This document shows, piece by piece, positions 31,311 through 41,293 of a stretch of 64,000 nucleotides of DNA. The DNA comes from a virus. Below the pieces are notes generated by a model. The model made no database searches. It worked only from the letters and a program-made list of their open reading frames with translations, and had not been told where the DNA came from. The first letter of the stretch is position 1, and every line of letters begins with the position of its first letter. The position numbers and the translations under genes are program-made. Where the stretch lies: IMG/VR virus record IMGVR_UViG_3300031963_000075, positions 15,695 to 79,694 of that record. One strand, 5' to 3'.

Positions 31311-34300
31311 TTAAACATCTTCGAAAGATGCTCCTGTTGGTGTTATGTAGAATGTTATATCAATAAATTCAAGTGAACGTGTTGGTTTGATATAAATTTT
31401 ACCAGTCATTTGATTTCTATCTAAATCAGCAGTGTCGTTAGAAACTGTAACTCGGAAATCGTAAAGACCTCTGTCTCTTCTTATACCGTCAAGAATTGGA
31501 TTAACCGCATTTAAGAAATCTTGTCTTACTTTTTCATCGTTTTGGTCAAACAACAACCTTACTGAAACCGCTGAAATTAATTTACGTGCTTGTAATAACA
31601 ATCTTCTTACGTTAATTCTATCAAGTGCAGACTCTCTAACTTGTAGGGTTTTGTTACCCCAAATTACAGTACCAACATCTGAGAAAGTTGCAATTGGGTT
31701 AATTCTTCCTAAATATAGAACATCTCTATCTTCTTGTGTTAACTTTTTACGTGCTTTAATTGAATTAACAATACCACGAGTGTAACCCGCCGCTGCGAAC
31801 CAAGGGAATGCTATATTATCGGTCAACGCTAAGTTTCTTGTAACTTCTGCCGTTGGTGGTATATAGATTTGAGTGTTATTAACACTGTCTCTTGTAAGAA
31901 CCCAAGGATAGTAAGTTGCGGTATAATTGGAATCAATTCCAGTCTCTTCTAAATTGTCAACTGCTTCTTGTGGGTAAATAAGACCGTCAGCTCCTGTTGT
32001 TGTAGGAAGTAAAAGGTTATAATCTGGAGTTGTTGTTATATACAATGAATCCGCTCTTTCTGTCTCAATCATTTCTATTGTAGACTCAACCAAATTACTA
32101 TTGTTAACATAGTCAATACCTGGAGTTACAAATAAATTTATATTAACCGCTTCAGGATTAGAGAATGTTCTGATACCTAATAGATATGCGTAGTAGTCAG
32201 TATTTGCATAATCAGTTGTACCGTCACCAACAGAGATTTGTTTAAACGCTCCCCAACCAACTGCGTTTGGATATCTTGTAGTTGCACAAGCTCCGTTTAA
32301 ATAACCTGTTCTACCTAAAACATATTTATCTTCATTTGTTCTTCTTTCACGGTATATATCCCATCCATCAAAACCTCCTTGTACTAACAAGGTAAATTTA
32401 CGTGCAAATAATCTGTAATATGGGTTTGTATCAACAACAGGTTCAGAACTAAAGTCCGCACTACCAACGTAAAATCTTGGTTCACCACTTGTTGAGAAAC
32501 CGTTAGAAATTGTTATACCACTTGCATTTTTATCCATGTGGAATCCTCTTGTTCTATATAACCAAGGTGACGATTCAGTTGCAAAACAAATGTTTGATGG
32601 ATTTCTTTTACCCACATATTCGAAGAAACTTGGGTCGTAACCATAATCAGCACTTGTTGAGAAACCTAAGAATGTTTTTCTTATGTTATCACCAGAAGAT
32701 AATCCCGCATCATCAGTTCCTGAAGGAGTTCCAAACGGAGGATTGAATACTAATTCTCCTGGAAAATCATACTTAGTTTTGAAAATTGGGAACGGTGATT
32801 TTCCTCCGCTATACTCTCTAAAGTTATAACCTTCGAAACCACAAGGTAAAGCATCTATTGGTGCATCCTCGTTCATTTCTACCATAATATATCTAGATTT
32901 GAGTTCAAACTCTCCATCTAATGTACCTACCTTTTTAGCAATAAAATTATTTTCTTGCGGATTCATTGAACAGTTAGTGTACTTTTCTAAAACAACAGGG
33001 TTTGAGTCTGTATCATAGTAATCTCTCACTAACACGGTAAATGTTTCGTTTGCGAAAGATATATCTGAAATAGAAATTTTAACTTCTGTGTTTGCACTGT
33101 TACCGTCAGATATAGTGTAAAATTTGAAAAGGTTATAAACTTTAGAACCTCTTACTTCTGATACTACCCAAGGACTTTCAGGTGATTGATATCTTTCTAA
33201 ATACCAACCAATTGATGTTGGGTCTTCACTTTGTGCTTCAGGTAAAGAGATTAAATCACATTTTAAACCTCTAATATATCCTTTGTTGTATGCCCATCTC
33301 AACATTGTTTGGAATCTTTCCTCAACAAAAAGTGGTACGACATTTCTAGGTTTTCCAAAGTTGTTTCCACCGAAAACTTTTGATATATATTCTGAATCAC
33401 TTGTAGAGAAAGATGTAACAAACGTGAAGTTGTTACCTAAATAGTTTGTTGCGTTTATAGCAAATTTAGCAAACGGGTTTTTAAGTACACTTTCATATTG
33501 ACCTGTACAATCCATAGTTACGTCAGTTATACCAGTAATTTCATATCTTGGATTATTTTCATCACTGTATGTAGATATACCTCTAGATCTCAATGTCGCA
33601 ACAACCAAATCATCATAATTTGTATACGCCATACCCGAATAAACATATATCATACCTATCATTGTACCCGAAAAACAATCCACCACAGTTGTAGTTGTTG
33701 TAGTTGTGGGAACAACAGGAGTTGGGGTGATACAAGGATTTGGTGTTGGTTCGGGTGTTGGTGCTGGTGTAGTTGTAGATGTTGTTATTGGGTTTATATT
33801 AGTTAAACCACTAACTACTGACCAAAATGAGAACCCTGAATATTCCGCATTACCGATATTTTCAAACAAAGCATAATACCATGTATCATTAAATGGTGAT
33901 GTGAAGTCAGTCAAACTTGCTGATGGTGACGGAACATTAAAAACATTTGTCGATGCAGTATATCCACTTGAGAGTATGTCATAATCATCTCCATCGATAC
34001 TACCAAAATATGCTATAGATGTTTCTTCAGTTGCCGGATTTAATATTCTTTGATACGCAAAAAACTGTAAATCACTAAGTAATGTAGATGTATTACCATT
34101 AAATTGTTCATATTGTTCGTTTAATAATACTTCTATTTCATCAGGAAAAGATTCAAAAATTACAGATGAAACACCATTAGTACATCCTGTAAATTCTACA
34201 GTGAAAGGAATTGTTTTAGGTAAAATACAAACTGGTTCACAACTTCCAGATGGAGTAACCGCACTTAAACAATATGGGTTAATTGTTGTTGGGTCAACGT

Positions 34301-34643
34301 TCGCACTAGTTGTAATAGACCAAGAAGGACCAGCGTCGTATCCTGATAGACCTAATATTCTTGAGACAAAAAGTTGATTTGATTGTTGTAAATAAGATTT
34401 AGCAATATATGCTGCTTCATATTTAGGTATTTGGGTGTTAACGAATTTTTCTGGAGATGTTCCCCCAAAGTAAGATTGGAATTCTTCGTAGTTTCTAATA
34501 AAAATAGGTTCGAAAGCCGGTCCTTTCAGGGTTTCTCCAGCAATCCCAAGAGTAGTAACACCAACACTTTGTGCTACAAAACTCAAATCTACTTCAGAAG
34601 TATAGACACCTGGTGAAACAAAAATTTTACTATTAGTTGCCAT
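31311..34643 (-). CDS. Tail sheath protein (gp18-like) with large insertion domains
   Basis: FVSPGVYTSEVD, PWFAAAGYTRG, INPIATF..IWGNKTL..LDRINVRRLL, IKPTRSLEFIDITF. Confidence 0.95.
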   Translation of the reverse strand: MATNSKIFVSPGVYTSEVDLSFVAQSVGVTTLGIAGETLKGPAFEPIFIRNYEEFQSYFGGTSPEKFVNTQIPKYEAAYIAKSYLQQSNQLFVSRILGLSGYDAGPSWSITTSANVDPTTINPYCLSAVTPSGSCEPVCILPKTIPFTVEFTGCTNGVSSVIFESFPDEIEVLLNEQYEQFNGNTSTLLSDLQFFAYQRILNPATEETSIAYFGSIDGDDYDILSSGYTASTNVFNVPSPSASLTDFTSPFNDTWYYALFENIGNAEYSGFSFWSVVSGLTNINPITTSTTTPAPTPEPTPNPCITPTPVVPTTTTTTTVVDCFSGTMIGMIYVYSGMAYTNYDDLVVATLRSRGISTYSDENNPRYEITGITDVTMDCTGQYESVLKNPFAKFAINATNYLGNNFTFVTSFSTSDSEYISKVFGGNNFGKPRNVVPLFVEERFQTMLRWAYNKGYIRGLKCDLISLPEAQSEDPTSIGWYLERYQSPESPWVVSEVRGSKVYNLFKFYTISDGNSANTEVKISISDISFANETFTVLVRDYYDTDSNPVVLEKYTNCSMNPQENNFIAKKVGTLDGEFELKSRYIMVEMNEDAPIDALPCGFEGYNFREYSGGKSPFPIFKTKYDFPGELVFNPPFGTPSGTDDAGLSSGDNIRKTFLGFSTSADYGYDPSFFEYVGKRNPSNICFATESSPWLYRTRGFHMDKNASGITISNGFSTSGEPRFYVGSADFSSEPVVDTNPYYRLFARKFTLLVQGGFDGWDIYRERRTNEDKYVLGRTGYLNGACATTRYPNAVGWGAFKQISVGDGTTDYANTDYYAYLLGIRTFSNPEAVNINLFVTPGIDYVNNSNLVESTIEMIETERADSLYITTTPDYNLLLPTTTGADGLIYPQEAVDNLEETGIDSNYTATYYPWVLTRDSVNNTQIYIPPTAEVTRNLALTDNIAFPWFAAAGYTRGIVNSIKARKKLTQEDRDVLYLGRINPIATFSDVGTVIWGNKTLQVRESALDRINVRRLLLQARKLISAVSVRLLFDQNDEKVRQDFLNAVNPILDGIRRDRGLYDFRVTVSNDTADLDRNQMTGKIYIKPTRSLEFIDITFYITPTGASFEDV

Positions 34644-34682
34644 AATTTTTTAGTTTAATTTATTATTATATTTTATTTTATA

Positions 34683-34690
34683 TATAAATA
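34683..34690 (-). promoter_or_regulatory. TATTTATA putative late-promoter element (representative copy, upstream of sheath)
   Basis: The same sense-strand TATTTAT(A/C/T) precedes about 21 genes on both strands (listed in findings). Confidence 0.65.
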
Positions 34691-34769
34691 CCCAAGATTT
34701 AGGCAAAAACTTTACTTCTAACAAACTATTTATATCTTGGTATGATTTTATTCTGCCTTTTTTCTACCT

Positions 34770-34931
34770 ATGGAAAAAGATTCAAAAAAAATAAAAAATT
34801 TGAAGATTTCTGTTGATGCTCACGATACTTTAAAAAAATATTGTGACAAAAGAGGTATTAAAATGTACAAGTTTTTAGAAAACTTAATTTATGAAAAGTG
34901 TAAAGAAAAAAAAGATATTTACGGTGAATAA
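34770..34931 (+). CDS. Small ribbon-helix-helix DNA-binding protein (53 aa)
   Basis: MEKDSKKIKNLKISVDAHDTLKKYCDKRGIKMYKFLENLIYEKCKEKKDIYGE; strand-helix-G-helix pattern; below the ORF-track cutoff. Confidence 0.65.
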   Translation: MEKDSKKIKNLKISVDAHDTLKKYCDKRGIKMYKFLENLIYEKCKEKKDIYGE

Positions 34932-35963
34932 TTAAATTAACTTTTGTTGGAAAACTAATACAGAATCTTTGGTAATATCATCTTTGATAATATCTATTCT
35001 CAGATTGTCACTTGTATTAATTTGTATTTCAGAAATATCTTGACCATAAAAGTCATCATTAATATAAACCTCATAAGAATCTACGTTATTTATTTCAGAA
35101 ACTTTTAAGTCAGTAGTGTAATAAATTATATCGGATTTGGAATCTGACCCTACACTGAATTTGAAAGTAAAATCCAACGGTTCTTCAGGATTTTTCTTTT
35201 TTCTTTTCTTTTTTATCGATTCATCAACCTCATACATTTGTATTGTTCTGACAATAGCAGGTTGTACTTCAAACTCGTCCTCATCTAATAATATCCCTTG
35301 TAAAGTCATTGGGTATTTTTGCATATAAAACTTTCTTTTTTCTAAATCTAATACTGATTCGTCAGAAGCGTCACTCATTATAATCGGAAGATAATGACCT
35401 TTTATATTTTGATACGCTTGTCTTGATGCAAACGTCTGCATTATCTTTTTATTAAACTCATTTATTTCTCTCATTCTATTACAAATTATTATAACAGTAT
35501 AATTTATTTGTACTGGTATTGGTTGAGGTATTTTATAAACGTCTAATCCATGTCTTTGACCGTCCCAAGTTGGTACTTGAGCATAATGATATAGTCTTCT
35601 ATTTGGTATATTATATTTTATTGATGGTTCTCCGAATTTAACTTCTGGTTGTCTGACTACTGTAATAAAAGGAGGTTCGGCATTTTTATCAATATTTTGG
35701 AAGTCCCAAGTTTCAGTGAATTGAGACCAATTTTGTGTTGTTATCAAAATATCTATCATCGGGATTTTTTTCCCATCAACCGTTACTGTAAAATTTTCAT
35801 TTACAAAATCTAAAAACCCTCTATCTAAATCGGCATGTAATAGTCCTTTTGGTAAAAACGTACCTTTCTCCATTATCATATCCGTCAATTCATGTCTCCT
35901 TTCCAATGGACCGACAGGAAATTTGAGTGATATATTCTTTTTTATTTTTTTCGGTAAACCCAT
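34932..35963 (-). CDS. Tail terminator / neck protein (gp15-like)
   Basis: Located between head-closure gene and sheath; IPQPIPVQINYTVII segment. Confidence 0.55.
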   Translation of the reverse strand: MGLPKKIKKNISLKFPVGPLERRHELTDMIMEKGTFLPKGLLHADLDRGFLDFVNENFTVTVDGKKIPMIDILITTQNWSQFTETWDFQNIDKNAEPPFITVVRQPEVKFGEPSIKYNIPNRRLYHYAQVPTWDGQRHGLDVYKIPQPIPVQINYTVIIICNRMREINEFNKKIMQTFASRQAYQNIKGHYLPIIMSDASDESVLDLEKRKFYMQKYPMTLQGILLDEDEFEVQPAIVRTIQMYEVDESIKKKRKKKNPEEPLDFTFKFSVGSDSKSDIIYYTTDLKVSEINNVDSYEVYINDDFYGQDISEIQINTSDNLRIDIIKDDITKDSVLVFQQKLI

Positions 35964-35966
35964 ATT

Positions 35967-36479
35967 TTACAATCCTCTAAATTCGTTAGAACTAACTGGG
36001 GATGCTATTATAGTTCTATAAAAAGGTTTATAACCTTTATAATTATGTTTTATGTCTGACACTACCCTACCATCATTTACAACGGTGTAATACCTAACAA
36101 AATTTTCAGTTTCATAATAACCAATGTAATCACCAAAACTAATATCAATATTTAATTCTTCCAATGTCTTTAAGTACACTGAAACTGTAATATTACCTGG
36201 TTCAACTTGGTCAACTCTAGATGACCCCAACATTTTATTTTCGGGAGCGGCAATACCAATGTACGCATTAAACTCAACAGGTGGTAAATATATTATACCA
36301 TCAGTAAGGGTTTCCCCATATACATCATCCTTTTTAGTTTTTGTCCTATCAACTCTATAAAGAACACAAGTGTAATTCATATCACCTATTAACCACTCTT
36401 GACCCATTCCAATTTCTAAATTGAAGTCGTTATCACCAAAAAACTTACCAAGTCTCGTTATAGGAACTTTATTGTTCAT
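35967..36479 (-). CDS. Neck / head-closure protein (gp14-like)
   Basis: VLYRVD...DDVYGE, ELNIDISFGDYIGY; position next to gp15-like gene. Confidence 0.6.
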   Translation of the reverse strand: MNNKVPITRLGKFFGDNDFNLEIGMGQEWLIGDMNYTCVLYRVDRTKTKKDDVYGETLTDGIIYLPPVEFNAYIGIAAPENKMLGSSRVDQVEPGNITVSVYLKTLEELNIDISFGDYIGYYETENFVRYYTVVNDGRVVSDIKHNYKGYKPFYRTIIASPVSSNEFRGL

Positions 36480-36529
36480 GAAGTATTTTCTTGATAAATA
36501 TCTTTTTTATTATTATTTTTTATCTAAAA

Positions 36530-38293
36530 TTGGTTTTGGACAATATTAAACCTCTCATAGAACATCAAGCTTTAGAAATATTAGACACCTATTCTGGTGC
36601 AAATAACTATATTTTATCTTTGAGACAAAAAAAGGAATCAAATAAAAAATTTTACCCAACAAGGACACAATCAGACTACATTAATAATTACCATACTGTA
36701 ACACCAAAAGTTGCTCGTAAATGGGTTGAGTTAGATACATATTTTGCAAAAAAGTTTGCGGAAGAAAAATATCTTTTACAGACTCCTGAAAAAATATATA
36801 TAGAAAAGTTATTAGTAGAAAAAGAAAAATCATATCACATTTGGGGAAAATTTTTCGAAAAGGACGTACTATCTGAATTTTGGGTGCCTAAATCGGCATT
36901 GATTAAATCTCACACAATTGAGAAAGTTGAGATTGATTATTCTAAATATGAACATCGTCCTCCACTTTCACACCAAAAAGAAGCGATAGAAAAATTGGTT
37001 GGTTCTCGTAGATTTATATTAGCCGATGATATGGGACTTGGTAAGACCACATCTACAATTATTGCCGCTTTAGAAACAGGAGCAAAAAAGATTTTAATTA
37101 TTTGTCCCGCATCACTTAAAATCAACTGGCAAAGGGAGATTGAGAACTACTCAGATAGGAGTGTGTTTATTTCAGAAGGAAAAAAGTTTTCAACTGAGTC
37201 AGATTTTGTTATAGTAAATTATGATATTTTAAAAAATTTCCATGATTTAAAAGACAGTGAAAATTCTTTATTAAATCAATCCGACTTTGAACTTGTAATA
37301 TTAGATGAAGCACATATGGTGTCTAATGCTCAGGCGCAAAGAACAAAAATAATTAATCACTTTGTTAAAAAAATTAAAAGAGTTTGGTTATTAACAGGAA
37401 CACCGATGACTTCTCGACCAATGAACTATTATAATCTTTTGAGTATCATCGAAAGTCCCGTCGCACAGAATTGGATGGCTTATGCTATCCGATACTGTCA
37501 GGGATATCAGTTTAAGGCGGGGAATAGAAAGGTATGGAACGTTCAAGGGGCATCAAATCTTGAGGAATTAAAAGATAGAACTTCAAAACAAATACTTCGT
37601 AGATTAAAAGAAGAGGTGTTGGATTTACCTGATAAAATCATAACTCCTGTTTATTTGAGAACCTCATCAAAAGAATATAAAGATTTAATGGGTGAGTATT
37701 ACGAATGGTTAGATAATCGTAAAGAAGAATCGTCATCACTTACCATTCAGTTTTCTAAACTTATGAAAGTAAGAAAGGTAATTGCAAATGAAAAAGTAAG
37801 ACAAACAATTGAATTTGCCGAAAATATTATAGAACAAGGAAAGAAAGTCATTATTTTTACAAACTTTACAGACACTCTACAATTAATCCATAATCATTTT
37901 GGTAAACAGTCAGTTTATTTAGATGGGAGTTGTAATAAAGTTCAAAGACAATATGCGGTAGATCAATTCCAAGATAATGAAAAAATTAAAGTTTTTGTTG
38001 GTAATTTGAAAGCGGCAGGTGTTGGACTTACGTTGACGGCAGCTGAAGTTGTTATTATGAATGACTTATCTTTTGTTCCCGCAGAACACGCACAAGCAGA
38101 AGATAGAGCTTATAGATATGGACAAAAAAATAATGTATTAGTTTATTATCCTATATTTGAGAACACAATAGAAGGTGCAATATATGACATACTAAATAAG
38201 AAGAAGAAAATCATAGGAACTGTAATGGGGGATGAAGTTTCTGACTCAATAGATGTCGTAGAAGAAATTTTAAATTTAATTAATTTACGTTAA
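36530..38293 (+). CDS. SNF2-family helicase/ATPase
   Basis: LADDMGLGKT, ILDEAH, LTGTP, AAGVGLTL, QAEDRAYRYGQ; start probably TTG at 36530 or 36536 rather than 36491. Confidence 0.9.
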   Translation: MVLDNIKPLIEHQALEILDTYSGANNYILSLRQKKESNKKFYPTRTQSDYINNYHTVTPKVARKWVELDTYFAKKFAEEKYLLQTPEKIYIEKLLVEKEKSYHIWGKFFEKDVLSEFWVPKSALIKSHTIEKVEIDYSKYEHRPPLSHQKEAIEKLVGSRRFILADDMGLGKTTSTIIAALETGAKKILIICPASLKINWQREIENYSDRSVFISEGKKFSTESDFVIVNYDILKNFHDLKDSENSLLNQSDFELVILDEAHMVSNAQAQRTKIINHFVKKIKRVWLLTGTPMTSRPMNYYNLLSIIESPVAQNWMAYAIRYCQGYQFKAGNRKVWNVQGASNLEELKDRTSKQILRRLKEEVLDLPDKIITPVYLRTSSKEYKDLMGEYYEWLDNRKEESSSLTIQFSKLMKVRKVIANEKVRQTIEFAENIIEQGKKVIIFTNFTDTLQLIHNHFGKQSVYLDGSCNKVQRQYAVDQFQDNEKIKVFVGNLKAAGVGLTLTAAEVVIMNDLSFVPAEHAQAEDRAYRYGQKNNVLVYYPIFENTIEGAIYDILNKKKKIIGTVMGDEVSDSIDVVEEILNLINLR

Positions 38294-38334
38294 TTTTTTT
38301 TAAATGATTATACTATTTATAATAAAAAATTGTT

Positions 38335-38637
38335 ATGAATAGATTGAACGAAAGAAAATTAGAAAGACTTTTAAGAAGAATAGTTAAAGAAGAGGAAGTA
38401 AATTTATCGGCAGATGTTGAGTTACTAAAAACTCACAGTAACATACCTGGATGTGACCCAGAAAGATTGGACTTCCAAAAATGTTCAACAGAAGCATTTA
38501 AAACTTTACCAGCACCTGAGTTTGTAAAATTGTTTGAAAAATTATCTCAACAATCAGATGAACCATTAGAAAACCCAATGGATTCAATGGGTGAAATGTC
38601 AGAGTCTCGAAGAAGATATTATAGAAATAGATACTAA
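38335..38637 (+). CDS. Hypothetical protein with LNE..LERLLRRIVKE leader
   Basis: 100-aa ORF, TATTTATA upstream, terminator downstream. Confidence 0.7.
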   Translation: MNRLNERKLERLLRRIVKEEEVNLSADVELLKTHSNIPGCDPERLDFQKCSTEAFKTLPAPEFVKLFEKLSQQSDEPLENPMDSMGEMSESRRRYYRNRY

Positions 38638-38662
38638 AATCTGTTATTAAACCAAAACAACT

Positions 38663-38686
38663 AACCTCGTCTAACGAGGTTTTTTT
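38663..38686 (+). terminator. Intrinsic terminator
   Basis: AACCTCGT-CTA-ACGAGGTTTTTTT. Confidence 0.75.
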
Positions 38687-38708
38687 GTTTAAAGAATATT
38701 TATCATTA

Positions 38709-39803
38709 ATGAATGTTACTTTTAAAAATATAAAATGTAAGTTAAATACAAAACAAAAAAATCTATTTAAAGATTTTTGTAAATTTTTACAAAAAAACTA
38801 TGGTTTAAAAGATGATTTAATAATTTCATTTGTTGGTGAACGTATCGGTAAAATGACAACTGGTAGTCAACACGTAAAAAAAGGAATTAAAATACTAATT
38901 AATAATAGAATGAATAGAGACATTCTGAGAACTATGGCTCACGAATGGATTCATGTATATCAAAGAAATGTATTAGGGAGAGAAAGAGGTCCAGACATTG
39001 GTGGAAAAAATGAAAACGAAGCAAATGCATTAGCTGGTTCTCTTTTAAAAAAATTTGAATCAAAAAATCCTAACATGGATGGAATAATTTATGAAGAGGT
39101 TAAACCAATACAAAATAAAATAAATTTATTACAAGAGCAAATATTATTAATAGATGGGGAAAAATTAAGGAATGAATTTATAAATGAAATGAAAAAAATA
39201 GGAATAGAAAAATTACCTTATTCATATTCATCATTAAGAAATTTTGTTGACCCAAAAACAATGAACATACATTATAATAAACATTATAAGGGTTATGTAA
39301 AAAAATTAAACGATGCTTTATCGGATAAAAAATATGGTGATTTAGAATTAGAAGAAATTATTTTATCGGTTAGTAAATATGATGATGTTGTAAGAAATAA
39401 TGCTGGAGGTGCTTTTAATCACGCTCTGTTTTGGAAAATGTTATCACCAAAAAAACAAGTCCCTAAAAAAGAGATTCTTGAAAAGATTAATAAGGATTTC
39501 GGTAATATTAAAAAAATGAAAGATGAGTTCAACGAAGAGTCCAAAAAAAGGTTTGGTTCAGGATGGTGTTGGTTGATAATTACAAAAAATAAAAAATTAA
39601 AAATTATATCCACACCAAATCAAGACAATCCTCTGATGAATATTATAAAAGGAGGGGGATATCCTGTCTTGGGACTTGATTTATGGGAACACGCATATTA
39701 TTTAAAATACCAAAATAAAAGAGATGAATATATCAAAAACTTTTGGAATCATGTAAATTGGGATTTTGTTAATGAACTATTTTTGTCCCGAATAGATAAT
39801 TGA
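38709..39803 (+). CDS. Fe/Mn superoxide dismutase (Mn-type signature) with N-terminal HExxH zincin-like domain
   Basis: SOD: LPYSY, HYNKH, NAGGAFNHALFW, FGSGW, NQDNP, DLWEHAYY. N-domain: TMAHEWIH...ENEANALA. Likely start MNVTF at 38709. Confidence 0.85.
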   Translation: MNVTFKNIKCKLNTKQKNLFKDFCKFLQKNYGLKDDLIISFVGERIGKMTTGSQHVKKGIKILINNRMNRDILRTMAHEWIHVYQRNVLGRERGPDIGGKNENEANALAGSLLKKFESKNPNMDGIIYEEVKPIQNKINLLQEQILLIDGEKLRNEFINEMKKIGIEKLPYSYSSLRNFVDPKTMNIHYNKHYKGYVKKLNDALSDKKYGDLELEEIILSVSKYDDVVRNNAGGAFNHALFWKMLSPKKQVPKKEILEKINKDFGNIKKMKDEFNEESKKRFGSGWCWLIITKNKKLKIISTPNQDNPLMNIIKGGGYPVLGLDLWEHAYYLKYQNKRDEYIKNFWNHVNWDFVNELFLSRIDN

Positions 39804-39827
39804 AATATTTATATAAAAACAATCATT

Positions 39828-40952
39828 ATGTCTATTATAAGCAATGAAGAAAGAGAAAAACTCTACAAAAGAGTAAGACACGTATTGGGTGCTCCACTTA
39901 GGTCAGTTGAATTAGAAGATGAGCAACTTGACACTCTTTTGGAATTCTCCATTGAGGACTATTCGCAATACATACAAGAATGGTTGACTGAAAGTCAATG
40001 GACAAGTTTATGGGGATTAAACGTTGAAACCCAATCTTTAACAAATGCCTTCATGACTAAAAGTTTGGATTACGAAACAAGATATACTTATGCGTATTCA
40101 AAAATTGTAGGTTTGCAAGCCGGAGGTGATTGGGTACTAAAAAAAGATTATATTCAATTAGAACGAGGACAACAAATTTATGAGATACCTGCGGGTCGAG
40201 AATTAAACGAATTGTTGTGGTTTACTCCACCAGAAATGAATAACCTTCTGTTCGATCCTTGGGCCTTTGGAGGTATTGCTGGTGGTGGTATATCAGGACC
40301 TGCAGGATACGCACAAGTTGGTAACGTGTCAGGTAGTTATTTCTTAATGCCAGCATTTGATATGTTGTTGAGAATGCAAGAAATAAATATACAAAAAAGA
40401 ATAATTGCTGGTGACTTAACTTATCGTGTGACCGCACTACCTAACGGAAAAAAAGGTATACACTTAATGAATACACCTGGAGGTAAATTTGATTTTGGTA
40501 ACTCAACTTTGATGAAAGGTAAAGTTTGGTATTGGTATTACGACACAAACGATGCTGATAGAGATAAATGTTTAAAAGATAATCCTGACATTATAAAACT
40601 TCCTTCGGATGTACCTTTTGATAAAATAAGTTGGAACGATTTAAATAATCCTTCTCAAATTTGGGTTAGAAGATGGTTTGTTGCTTCAGCAAAAGAACTA
40701 TTATCAAAAGTTAGAGGTAAATTTAGTGGTAATTTGAAAACTCCTGATGGTGACCTAACTATGGATTATGCAACTTTAGCAACAGAAGGTAAAGACGAAA
40801 AAACTAAATTACTTGAGGAGTTGACAGGAGCTGAAGGAAGATTAACAAGACTTAGACCTGATAAAGTTTTAGAAAGAGAGGCATTAATTGCTGAAAATCT
40901 TAACAAGACTTTGAAGTTTAGAGCTATGCCAAGACAAATATACGTAATATGA
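39828..40952 (+). CDS. Neck / head-tail adaptor protein (gp13-like)
   Basis: LGAPLRSVELEDEQL N-terminus; WVRRWFVASAKELLSKVRGKF C-terminus. Confidence 0.7.
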   Translation: MSIISNEEREKLYKRVRHVLGAPLRSVELEDEQLDTLLEFSIEDYSQYIQEWLTESQWTSLWGLNVETQSLTNAFMTKSLDYETRYTYAYSKIVGLQAGGDWVLKKDYIQLERGQQIYEIPAGRELNELLWFTPPEMNNLLFDPWAFGGIAGGGISGPAGYAQVGNVSGSYFLMPAFDMLLRMQEINIQKRIIAGDLTYRVTALPNGKKGIHLMNTPGGKFDFGNSTLMKGKVWYWYYDTNDADRDKCLKDNPDIIKLPSDVPFDKISWNDLNNPSQIWVRRWFVASAKELLSKVRGKFSGNLKTPDGDLTMDYATLATEGKDEKTKLLEELTGAEGRLTRLRPDKVLEREALIAENLNKTLKFRAMPRQIYVI

Positions 40953-41293
40953 CAAATATACCACAAAGAAAAAATGTTATTAGGTATCAAAACACAATTG
41001 ATATTCCTAAAATTGATGACAAGGCGGTTATTATTTCCGCTAAAGAGTATTGGACTAGAGATGAAAACTTATTAATTGTAAGAGGAGTGGATTCATCCGA
41101 AGTTACTTTAAACTCAATTATAACTAAAAGAATAATAATAAAGTCATTGACTCAAGTTTTAGTTAAATCAGACACAGGTTTAATTGATGAGGAATGGGAT
41201 GAGCTCCTTTTGGAAAAAGGAGCTTGCGTACAATTTCAGTTCGTAGAAGGTAATTGGTATATACTATCCTCCGACGGTCTCAAAATGTCTTAA
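40949..41293 (+). CDS. Hypothetical beta-rich protein
   Basis: ATGA-coupled to the neck gene; 30-nt convergent overlap with polymerase. Confidence 0.65.
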   Translation: MTNIPQRKNVIRYQNTIDIPKIDDKAVIISAKEYWTRDENLLIVRGVDSSEVTLNSIITKRIIIKSLTQVLVKSDTGLIDEEWDELLLEKGACVQFQFVEGNWYILSSDGLKMS

